From: Mobula hypostoma
Lineage: Eukaryota
Reading direction: 5' to 3'
Assembly: GCF_963921235.1 (NCBI RefSeq)
Contig: NC_086106.1
Coordinates: forward strand, 23,250,001-23,314,000
DNA length: 64,000 nucleotides
A model generated the notes under the pieces. It saw only the letters and a program-made list of their open reading frames with translations, had not been told where the DNA came from and ran no database searches. The position numbers were made by a program, and so were the translations under genes. Numbering within the stretch: the stretch's first letter is position 1; each line of letters opens with the position of its first letter. Of this stretch, positions 1 to 10,192 are shown one piece after another.

Positions 1-1193
1 ACTTTCCCACAATTATAACAGACGACCCCAGGAGACTTCCTACCAGGCTGCTCCCGGTCTACCTTATCCTTTTCACTAGTCCCCGGCTTACTTTCTGACT
101 TTTCCGGCGGACTCTCCCCGCCGTCCTGACTACCCTTCTGGTAGCCTTTACTCGGGGCAACCTTCATTTTATGCGTCAACGCATACTCATCCGCTAACTT
201 AGCAGTTGCGGCTAACGTGGCTGCCTCTTTCTCATCGAGGTAGGGTCTCATACCCTCAGGGACACAACCTTTAAACTGCTCAATCAGAACCAGTTGCAGC
301 AGTCTGTCATAATCCCCCTCTACCCCTTTCGAGGCGCACCAACGCTCAAAATATGTTTGCATCTCACGAGCAAACTCCAAATACGTGCGGTTCCACCGCT
401 TCCTCGCATTCCGGAACCTCTGCCGGTATGCCTCCGGGACCAACTCATAAATCCTGAGGATGGCCTCCTTCACCACCTCATACTTCTGGGCATCTTCCGC
501 GGATAAGGCGGAGTAAGCTTGTTGGGCCTTCCCTTTCAGTACACTCTGAAGTAAGACAACCCACTTATCCCTCGGCCATTCCTGACTTATAGCTACTTTT
601 TCGAAGTGGAGAAAGTACCGATCCACATCGGTATCGTCAACTGGGGGAACCAGCCTAACCTCCTGGGTCGCCCGGAACCCTCCACCTTGGTTCGGCACGA
701 GCCCCTGCTCGGCCCTTATCTTTAACTTCTCCAGCTCAAATTCCCTTTCCCTCTGTTTCTCCTCTCTCTCCAACTGTCTGTCCCTCTCTCTCTCTTCTCT
801 CTCCAACTGTCTGTCCCTCTCCTGCCTTTCTAACTCTCTCTCTTTCTCCTGCCTTTCTAACTCTCTCTCTTTCTCCTGCCTTTCTAACTCTCTCTCTTTC
901 TCCTGCCTTTCTAACTGCCGTACCCGGAACTCGTGCTCGAGTCTCAGTTTTTCAAGCTGTACCTGTACCGCGTCTCCAGCAGGTTTTTCAATAGACACCT
1001 CCCCCAGCTCACCTTGGGGAAACACACCTTTAGATACATAGTGCTCTACAATAGCTCTGTGTATCTCCTCTCTCCTCATTGTCGACTTCACCTAAGCAAG
1101 ATTCACCCGTTTGGCCACAGCTATCAATTCCGATTTCCTGGCATCCTCTAATGCCTCCAAGGTCGGCGCCTTTATAAATTCCTCAACCTCCAT
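1..1193 (-). mobile_element. Ty3/Gypsy (Gmr1-like) LTR retrotransposon gag with SCAN-like domain and start of CCHC zinc knuckle; one premature stop; runs off window edge
   Basis: ATG at 1193 (MEVEEFIKAPTLEALE...). TAG at codon 34 (1092-1094). The same frame then continues through an ERQEKEREL coiled-coil repeat (~780-915), VRLVPP..FLHFEKVA..WPRDKW, LVPEAYRQRFR...LVLIEQFKGCVPEGMRPYLDEKEA..LADEY (SCAN-like) and CYNCGK at 1-20. Preceded by a PBS and an LTR. Confidence 0.9.
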
Positions 1194-1270
1194 TTCTGCT
1201 GTTTGTCTTTTCTTTCTTTCGGGAATTTTAACCCAATCAATATACTCCGTCCCAAATTTAGCGTTCAAAA

Positions 1271-1288
1271 TCGCGGACGAGAACCCCA
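1271..1288 (-). other. Primer-binding site of the Gypsy element (tRNA-Pro-like)
   Basis: Minus strand reads TGGGGTTCTCGTCCGCGA 4 nt after the LTR end. It resembles the tRNA-Pro PBS TGGGGGCTCGTCCGGGAT. Confidence 0.6.
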
Positions 1289-1292
1289 CTTA

Positions 1293-2151
1293 TGTTACGT
1301 ACCCCGTAACTGGGTTGCCAAACCAGCAGAAATGGATCACTCAGTTGGAGTCTGGAGTACTAGAACTAAGAAAGTTTTATTAAAGAAACAAGCAACACAG
1401 TAATCGAAAGGATAATAAATGCAACAATTCAACAATGATAACCACACATGTGCACAGAATTAAGATAACAGCATCAATCAAGCTCTATCGTTGTCTAGGG
1501 GTAAATGACCAATTTCAAAATGACTCAAAGTTCAGTCCAGTTTGTAGTTCAGTTCGCAGTAATCGTTGCCATGGCGATGGACAAGGTGGGGGAAGAGAGA
1601 CAGAATAGGAACAACTGATCATTCAGAACACTGCTTCACTCACAGACCAGCGGGATGGCTCACAAACAGCTTTTGGGCAGGTCCTTGGTGATGTCATCTG
1701 AGGTCACCGACTGTGACCCCTCCTCCAGATGCGGTCGATCCTCTGCAGTGAACCCGGCACCCAGGCAAGGGCGGACACACACCGGGTTCCCGCTGATCGT
1801 ACCTTCCCACCCTGGTCGTTGTCTGATACTTCTCACCCACTCGTGAGAAGCGTACCGCTTCCAGGGTCTCGTTACCTCGGGTGGCGTGTGTGTCTGTCTT
1901 AGCGAACCTGTCCCTTTTTATCCCCCTGCTGGGGTATCGCCTGTCCATCACTTCAAACAGTCCAGGGCTCAAAGGGGGGAGCCGCTCCAGACAGCTCTTC
2001 CTCCCACATCCCTTCATTACACATCTCCAGACGCTGCTCCATTGTTCCTTATCTCTCCTTCCCCTGAGGGCAGGTGGCAGACCAACTGCTGATGCCACTG
2101 ATGCTAGCCCAGGCCAGCAAACATCTTAATTTTATGTGTATTCTCGTAACA
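1293..2151 (-). mobile_element. 5' LTR (859 bp) of the Gypsy element
   Basis: TGTTACG...CGTAACA inverted termini. Near-identical reverse-complement copy at 30959-31813. The paralogous site at ~41501 is empty (GTGTCATCTCTAACAC). Confidence 0.92.
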
Positions 2152-2243
2152 TCTCTAACACAATAGCCCGGACGCTTTTCTAGAGGTGCTACTTGACCTG
2201 AAAACATCTTCCGTGACATTACTTCTCTTATTACAGACAGAAA

Positions 2244-2337
2244 TGACGTGGAATGTGCATAAAATAGGAAAGAAAGATAAAACAATGATGATCTTGATTG
2301 ACCAATTACCGGTCAACGTGCAACCAAAACAACCAAT
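2244..2337 (+). promoter_or_regulatory. Putative V-segment promoter: CRE/ATF-like TGACGTGG plus CCAAT boxes
   Basis: TGACGTGG at 2244-2251 (~250 bp before the ATG), conserved at 41594 and 58808. CCAAT at 2302 and 2333. CRE-like motifs are typical of TCR V promoters; function is inferred. Confidence 0.4.
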
Positions 2338-2494
2338 CACTTCGCTTCTCTCCCTGTCTGTCTCTCTCTTTCTCGAAGAAGCAAGCATGAGTATCTGATG
2401 GATGGTATACTTCGATCTCATTTCTGTTAATCAGTCAGAACAGCAACATCAACACATCCCACCGTTGCTTGTCGTACTTGACATAGCAGACAAC

Positions 2495-2935
2495 ATGTGG
2501 GCAATCCGATTTTGGGCACTAATACTTATGCCTGCACTACCCGGTATGTTCAGTTTATAATATTCGTGCGCTTCCTCTGGGATATCCCTCCCTTGGGAAA
2601 TGTTCATACGTTTCTTATTTTCTTCCAGGCGAGAGTGCTGAATATTTGGTAATCCAGGATCCGGCAGTAATTGCGGTTCAGGAAGGTGAAAGCGTGCTGT
2701 TGAACTGCAGCTACCCTGCAACAGATGCCAGCACGCTGTTCTGGTACATGCAATATCCTGGGCAATCTCTGAGATATTTATTGAAGAGATACGCAACAGG
2801 GAATGGTGGAGGGAGTTCCCCTGATTGCCCAGACAGGTTTTCGGCTGCAATAGACAAAGGAAGTGCGACGGTTCCTTTCAGAATATCTGCTGCTCGTATC
2901 TCTGACTCCGCCGTATTTTTCTGTGCCATGATGCC
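2495..2935 (+). CDS. TRAV: T-cell receptor alpha-like V segment, copy 1 (leader exon 2495-2543, intron 2544-2628, V exon 2629-2935), apparently functional
   Basis: Leader MWAIRFWALILMPALP|G with GTATGT donor and TTCTTCCAG acceptor. Spliced protein ...GESAEYLVIQDPAVIAVQEGESVLLNCSYPATDASTLFWYMQYPGQSLRYLLKRYATGNGGGSSPDCPDRFSAAIDKGSATVPFRISAARISDSAVFFCAMM, with conserved Cys, Trp and Cys, followed by a 23-RSS. Confidence 0.9.
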
Positions 2936-2974
2936 CACGTTACTGCCGAGCTATAGAACGCCACTACAAAAACC
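2936..2974 (+). other. Recombination signal sequence (23-bp spacer), non-canonical heptamer
   Basis: CACGTTA + 23 nt (CTGCCGAGCTATAGAACGCCACT) + ACAAAAACC. Confidence 0.9.
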
Positions 2975-5763
2975 GTTTGTAAAATTTACAATTTGCAGAC
3001 TTCAGGGGGCAGCATACAGATAATGTTGGCTCTGCGGCACATTTTGCAGGATGATACAGACTGAAACAATCACCTCAGTGGAAATTCATCGTGTGTTTAC
3101 GGTAAGACATTGCAGCATCTCGAGCTGCTTACCTGATTGTGTAGAAGCCCTGGACAATATTTTAATTGATTAAAATGCGTTTCACTTGAGTGATGAAGTT
3201 ATAGCGATACCATACCCTACAGTGGGAGTTTACATTTTGTCTTCTAATGTTTACGCACATGCTACAGTCACAATTCGAATAACTGGCTAACAGAATTGTC
3301 ACGATATTTAGCCATAGCTCCCAGTTCCTCTGAACGGCGAAGTTTCCATAGTCTTGGGAGCACATTTCGGAAATAGAGACATTTCTCTCAGTCACTGTTG
3401 CAACTCTTGTCTGATGCTTTCGTTTGCCTCAATGCCTTTCTTTTTCGCTCTCATGAATGGTTCACAAAAAGTCAATTCCCTATGTGCAATGACGGCATTA
3501 ATGGATCCATTGCGCCGTTTAGCTCTGCTGTTTTAACTTATTGTGTGCACCAATATATCCTCGCTTATGAAGTCTGACAAAGAACACTATTGTTAACTAT
3601 CTTAGGATGAAACTATTTGGTCCTCCATTCAAGGAAGGGAGCTCAGAAATAATACTTAAATACAAACGAATATGTCAGTGCAGTTCCAGCAGCGAAGTCC
3701 GCTGATGCATGTTTTGCATCTCCGAACAGTCCATACCAATCTGGAGGAAATTTGGCCCATGAGATTTCACATTATTGTATTTAACCTATGCATTTTCAGC
3801 AAAATTGGATTTGTTTCCCTCGAAGAGGAGAAGGTGCAAACGGAATTGAGAAATTTGCACAATCTGTTTGAGGCTGCTGAAACTTCTATCATTTTAATAT
3901 TGGTTATGCTTAACCTTCCCAACCAGACTACGGAAATATTTGAGCGGCTGGAACAACTTATTTCGGAAATTCTTTCGTTCAGAGCATAAATATACTGTTT
4001 CTGCACGAACTCAGTTTCTTGCAAAATAAACCCCTTCCCTTCAAATACGGGAAATGGCTAAACACATATCTTCTCCTATTCCTTATTATTTTGATATAAC
4101 CACATTTCGGTACCAGTGATGCCCAAAATAAATGAATCTGCTGGACATTGCAATGATTAAATTAAAGACTGCCCGTGTTTCCACTTTTTCGGAATCTTTG
4201 TCATTGCCATGAAGCTCCTGAGGATCAGATTCGCTACTACAATGGATCTTGATGTTGGCAAAAAAAAAAAAAACAGGAAGATTAGACAGCACAAAACCAT
4301 GAAGATTAGTTGTAGTTGAATCCAAAGACAATACAGCATGAAGACGCTGCGTCAGATCATCGTGATTTAGCCTCTACAAACACACTGAATGCGACACATA
4401 TACTGAAAATAAGACATGCTAACTGATACTCCTCATACAATGAACATTGAGTCCCGCGGGTCCATCGAACGGAAGGTTCAATGGGTACTGTTTCCACAAT
4501 GCAGTGTATCATGAATATTGCGTATAATTCTTGGAACAGCCTACAATAGTACAGCAATATTTTAAAATATCTTCAATTGACGATGTTTCCTCATAAACAA
4601 CGGTTTAAAAATATGGACGCTAAGGAAACTACGAGGAACAGTGTTTTGCCAAAATCAAAAAAAAGAAAAACTGCCGAAATATTTTGTAATAGGTTTAAAA
4701 GCGGAGATTGTACTCGAAAGACCCTTCATCTTCTGCACAGATTTTATTCTATTTGCATCTGTCTGCACTATTAACAAAATCCCCTTTACTGTAAACAGCT
4801 TGTGAACAACAATCTTATTTTGTAATAAATTAAGGTAATGGAGATTTTATGAAAATTAATAACATCAGAGATCGGATTCCTTCGGCCACAGTCGCAGCCT
4901 GCCCAGTTACTCTCGGATATACTGATCTGACAGTGACACAACCGAGACGTCCAGCGGTTCAGGCAGCGTCTATGAAAATGAATAAAGTTTTGACGCTTCG
5001 GACTGAGATGCTGTATCACGGATAGGAAGGAAGCGGAAGGAAACCCAGAATAACATGATGGGGGACTGGGACAATTACAAGTTGGAGGGTAAAAGGAGAA
5101 GCCAGGTGACGGGCAAAGTTCCCTGATAGGGAACGGAATGTGAAGTGATAATATGGGAAAGGATAGATGGAACATATATATGGCTGTAAAAGAAGAAATC
5201 TGATCGTTGAGAAGAGAGCATCATTGTAAAATGGTAAGGAGGTGTATGAGACGGATATGGTAGGCAGAAGGCGTAAGAAGCGAGACAGAATGCGAACTGA
5301 AAAACGAGAGAAGGAGTGGAAAACAAATATTGGACGTTGAGGAAAATGATATCTATTGCTTCCCGTTTGAAGATACACGAACGGAACAGAAGGAATTGGA
5401 CACATTTTGGTGAATAATATAAGGAAATGTTACTCCCAACATCGGCCAAAGTAGCAGAGGAGGCTTGTTAGCTTTTAGTTCCCTCTGGTATAATGTATGA
5501 ACGAGAAATCTTCAAATTTGTACACGAATAACTCCAACAGTTTTGAACAGTAAATAACCTTCCGAAGCATGGACAAAACAAACGATTTACTTTCCGAAAT
5601 ATTAAGAAACTTGAAGCATTATGTCAAAGAGTGTGTGTGTTCTTTTTTTTTTCTTTGCATTCCAGTTCACTATGTTACAGTCATTAAACATCCAGCTCCA
5701 TTTATTCTGATGAAAGGCGATTAGAGACTTCAAAATCTCTTCTTAGCATTCAACTCGTCCCTT

Positions 5764-6180
5764 TTGGAGAACGAGAAGGAGGTCGAATCGTTCGGACAGA
5801 GATGGTGGTCAGTATCCGGTGTCGGAGAGCTGATCAGAGCTCGAATTTTCTGATGACTCAGAATCGGTTTCTGGTCGGCATGGCTGGGAGAGTTCTTCTT
5901 CATTCTCACGTCTGCGTGAGATGTGAGACATTTGAGACACTTTGAACATTGTTGTGCTCATGGACTTCTTTATCAAGTTATGGTATTGTTACACTGTTTG
6001 TAATTACATGTTATAGTTATGCGGTTTTGTCAGTTTTTTCAGTCTTGGTTTGTCCTGTGTTTTGTGATATCACACCGGAGGAAATAATGTATCATTTCTT
6101 AATGCACGCATTACTAAATGACAATAAAGGAGGACTACGTGTCTTCATAATAAAAAAAAAAGACTACGTGGCTTCATAAT
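5764..6180 (+). mobile_element. Unclassified retroelement 3' fragment (same family as 50500-51180)
   Basis: Shared 3' block TGTGATATCAC.CCGG....TGTATCATTTCTTAATG...AATGACAATAAA.GA.GACT.GTGT.TCAT, followed here by an A-rich tail. Confidence 0.55.
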
Positions 6181-6226
6181 CATTTACGCTTGTTTTGTAT
6201 GCATCGTCGAAAAACATAGATATATC

Positions 6227-8431
6227 TGTCATGGTGTGGTCCGTGAAGAACGATTTCCGGTTCACGGTCCGGTCCATCGATCCTTGTTCCGGGTTAGGGT
6301 TAGGGCTCCCTTGTTCTGTTGAGTGCCTCGATTGAAGCACCTGATTCTCATTCTGGGCTATTTCTTCGTATTCAGTGTACTGTGTATAGAAAGAGCCCAG
6401 ACCCTTGGTCCTGTTCCTAACGAGGGTGTTCTGGCTCTGTGTGCTGTGTACAAGTCCAGCCGTACGACCTGCTCCCACGGAGGAGTCCTGGCTCTGTGTT
6501 CCGTGCATCCCGTTTTCAAGACCAAGGCTCCGTGTTTCCCGTGCTAAACACCAAGGCTTCGAGGTTCCTCGGTACCAAGTCCAAGGCTGCGAGGTTGCTG
6601 TCTTCCAAGGCCAAGTCAAGGAAGGCTTCGTCTACACTATCTGTCCATGTGCCTCCCCCAGCCTTGTGCTAGAGTTTCCTCGTCCTGTCTAGGAGTCTCT
6701 TGTCCTGTCCAAGACAAGTCCATGCGCCTTGTCCTGTCTAAGCCCCGTCCAAGCACCTCGTCCTGTGATGCTGTACCTCGTCCAATCCATGTCCTAGTCC
6801 TGCATTCTAATCTCGTCCAGGGCCTGTGTCAATTTCGAGCGTCCTTTCTTCAGCACGTACCTTGCTTTCTTGTCAAACCTACTCTTGTTCCTAGGACATT
6901 AGTGCCCGTGTCTTGCAACAGGGTCCGTTCCCAGTGCGCCCTTAGGACAGAACAGTCCAGCCATGCATGGACCCAGCGACACCGACGCTGTCGTTTTACT
7001 CTCGCCATTCTGGGCTCCCTTATGTTTAATTCTCCCCCTCCCGCCCGAATCGTCCTGAGTATAGGGAAGTTTTTTTGGTCGCCAGCAGGCTCCCATTCTG
7101 GTTCATGGTCTATCGATCCTTGTTCCGAGTTATCCTGTTTTATCCCTTGTTCTATTCAGTGCCTCAATTGAGGAATGCGATTCTCATTTTGGGCTGGCTG
7201 CTTATATTGTCCCTGGATAAAGCTTCATTGCTGCACTGTTTCCTTCCCACCCCTTCCTTCTTCAGCCTTACCTGCCACCTTCTCCTGACGCTGAGGCTGC
7301 AACCTTCGCCTGAAGACTAGCCCGAAGCCTTCCTTGCAACCTCGCCTGTAACGCCGTCAAGTTCATCGCCGGAGCAAGACCTGGGCTTGCTCTGTCAAGA
7401 TATGGATTAGTCCGTCTTTGTTTGGAATTGTCTCTATGTGTCCTCGCCTTCGCTAGCACGGTCCGGCCTATCGCCGCTACCTTGTGTTGGGAACCGTCTC
7501 TTTGTGCCCTCGTCTTTGCTAGGCATGTGCGGCCGTTTGTCGCTAACTTGTGTTGGGAACCGTCTCTTTGTGTCCTCGCCTCCGCTGCATAGGTCCGGCC
7601 GTTTACCGCTAGGCTGAGTGGCGAACTTTCAATTCGTGTTCACAATACTGTGTATAGAAAGAGGCCTAGCCTTTGTCCTGACTCTTTATGTTGTTGTACG
7701 ACTCCCGGTCCTACGTCCTGCTCCCACGGAGGGGTCCCAGCTCTGTGGTCCGTGTTTCCCGTGCTCAAGTCCAAGGCTCCGTGTTTCCCGTGCTTAAGAC
7801 CAGGAATCCGAGGTTCCTGAGTTCCAAGTCCAAGGCTCCGAGTTCCCTGACTTCCAAGTCCGAGGTTCCAAGGTTCCCGTCTTCCAAGACTATTTCAGGG
7901 CTTCGTGTTCTCGTCCTGTCCATGTGCCTCGCACAGCCCAGTAGTACATCGCACAGACTTGTGCTGGAGATCCCTTGTCCGGTGCTGGAGTTCCCTCCTC
8001 CTGTCGAGGTGTTTCTTGCCATGTCCGAGCCACGTCTAAGCACCTCGCCCTATGCTGGTGTATCTCATCCTGTCCTGTAGTCCAGCCACGTCCAGTCCTG
8101 TAACCTAGCCACGTGCAGTCCTGTAGCCACGTCTTGTCGTCGCCGATATTCGGGACTGAGCCCGAGTCAAGAACCAGATTCCGCGTCCCTATCCAGTCTC
8201 TGGCTCTGTCCTAGCCCAGGCTCCTTCTTCTTAGATCCTTGTTCGGGTTCAGTGTTTTTTGTCCATGTCCTTGTCTATTCACTGCATCCTTGTTTCGTCC
8301 AAGACCTCTGTCAATCTCCAGCCTCCTTTCTTCCCCACTTTCCTTGATTGCTTATTAAACCTAGTCCTATTCCTAGTACTTCAGTGTCTATGTCTTGCAT
8401 TTGGGTCCGCTGGCATCTCCCCCCTATGACA
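6227..8431 (+). mobile_element. Internally deleted Gypsy-type LTR element (LTR 6227-6949, ~120 bp internal remnant with gag start, second LTR ~7070-8431)
   Basis: TGTCA start and TGACA end. The first LTR is followed by GAACAGTCCAGCCATGCATGGACCCAGCG (MDPA-type gag start). Two related LTR units contain internal CCAAGGCTCCG-type repeats. Same family as 25569-26840. No matching TSD seen. Confidence 0.65.
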
Positions 8432-9254
8432 TTATGCGCTGCAGATATATGCCGCGGCAACCGTACCTTTATTAACAGAATTCCCGCAGAAACACTAGGT
8501 AGCTTCTTAGAAATAATGCAATAAGGACCAACTAAATGCCAATAGCAATCTTATGTCTCACACATCCATGTTCCCTCTGCCTTGTGGATCGGAAGTAACC
8601 CCGGGTGTTGTAGGATTTCATAGGATTTCAAGGCAACAGAATTTAAAATAATGTGTTACTGCACCGGAGAAAAGTAATATCACCAGAATCACTGCATCCA
8701 CTTCAGTTATTAAGGTATGCTTTGAGCGAAATATCTTACACATGATCATGGAGGCCGACACAATAAGAGAAGACATAGATACAGAAATCTGCCCGTAAAC
8801 GGCCAGTGACATTATGAATGAAATAAATCACCCAGCTTGTGAACGACTCGACGCACCCCTATCAGAATGGAGATGAGATGGTCTCCAAATCGGGATCGCC
8901 ACCTCGAAGTACTTCGCCATTATGAATGAGGCTGGAGAAAAGAGCTAGAGCTCAATAAGGAGAGAGAAAGAGAGAGAAAGGTTCAGTGTTAGGACGAAAG
9001 TTACGTAAGAATGTCATCGCACACATTTGTCTTGCCGTGTTAATGCATATTTCTCAAAAGGAATGCGAGAGCACAGGATATACATCTCACTGCGACATTG
9101 GAAAGACGGTGCGGTTACACCATTGCTGAATCTTCACGGAAGAAGGCGAAGGAAATTTAAACAGTTAGTCTTGGTGGTGCGAAACCGCAATCTGAAAAGG
9201 AGTATAAATATATATGCAGCTGCACGGCTCAGAGCATGGATTCTACAATAAGTG

Positions 9255-9293
9255 AATTTTTGTACGAGCATTTAACTGGAATACATCACTGTG
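9255..9293 (-). other. Recombination signal sequence (23-bp spacer)
   Basis: Minus strand CACAGTG (9293-9287) + 23 nt + ACAAAAATT (9263-9255). Confidence 0.93.
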
Positions 9294-9745
9294 CGGCGAG
9301 CGCGCAGTAATAAACTGCAGAGTCGCTCATTTGCAGCTTTGAGATAGCGATATTAAATAATCTTCTTCCCTCGTCCAGAGAGATGCTGAAACGTGCTTTG
9401 GCAAAATCGGCTATGTCTTCGTTTCCACCAGAATATTTGTACAGTATGTACTCAAGACTTTGTTCTGGCTTTTGTCGGTACCCATATAAATAATAGTAGC
9501 TGAATGTAGTATCATAGGTGCAATTCAATGTCACAGACTCCTCTTCTGTCTTCAATGCCCGTGACGATTTCTGAGAGACGGAGTCTCCAAGACTCGTATC
9601 TAAAATATAATGTCAAAAATGAAATGTTACATTGTCGTGTTATTTTTAGTCCAGAATTCAGCGTCGAGAAGGCTTATGAGATGTTAGGTGCGTACAAACC
9701 TGTTAACAATGCTCCACACACAATCCAGATGACGAACCACCACAT
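9294..9745 (-). CDS. T-cell receptor alpha/delta-like V segment (leader 9745-9700, intron 9699-9600, V exon 9599-9294); open frame but conserved Trp replaced by Gly
   Basis: Leader MWWFVIWIVCGALLT|D with GTTTGT donor and TATTTTAG acceptor. V reads DTSLGDSVSQKSSRALKTEEESVTLNCTYDTTFSYYYLYGYRQKPEQSLEYILYKYSGGNEDIADFAKARFSISLDEGRRLFNIAISKLQMSDSAVYYCALA. Canonical heptamer. Confidence 0.88.
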
Positions 9746-10156
9746 CTTATTCATAAAAGATGCGTTAAGTGATTTTCACCTCAACGAATTTTCGCTAGTC
9801 GTCAAGAAGTTCCAATTCTGCTGTTTAAGTGAAGGTGCATTTAATATAATGGGCAAAAAATTAAAACACCCAATCGGAATGCGGCCCATTGACACAAGCT
9901 CCGCCTATTGCTCCCGATGCGGCAAGGGCCATGTACCTCACGGAAAAAGCGTCACGGTCTTTTTTATACCACGAAAACCTGCCGTGAACAGAGGGTAAGA
10001 AGAAGACAGGCTAACTCGTTACATGCAGAAAAAAAGATTTTATTGAGAAGATTCAGAGAGAATAAATGATTAGGGGACGGAGTAATGTATACAGAATGTC
10101 TGTGTGCGTCGGTCTGCGTATGTTTCTGTGCGTCTGTATGTGGCAGAGACAGAGGC

Positions 10157-10160
<4 letters not shown>

Positions 10161-10189
<29 letters not shown>
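10161..10189. repeat. (AG)n microsatellite
   Basis: Direct reading; a similar tract is at 52849-52884. Confidence 0.9.

Positions 10190-10192
<3 letters not shown>

Larger units (their letters stand above)
2152..5763 (+). repeat. Segmental duplication copy 1 (V cassette); paralogous to 41502-45107 and ~58720-62322
   Basis: Colinear alignment at offset ~39349 to copy 2. Similarity ends after ...TTCAACTCGTCCCTT at 5763, where a retroelement 3' fragment begins. Confidence 0.95.

Noticed and set aside
3672-3989. 105-aa ORF open in all three duplicated cassettes (also 43023-43340 and within 60173-60628)
   Set aside because: Recurrence is explained by duplication and conversion. It has no recognisable motif or splice context, and staying open at this divergence is not surprising.
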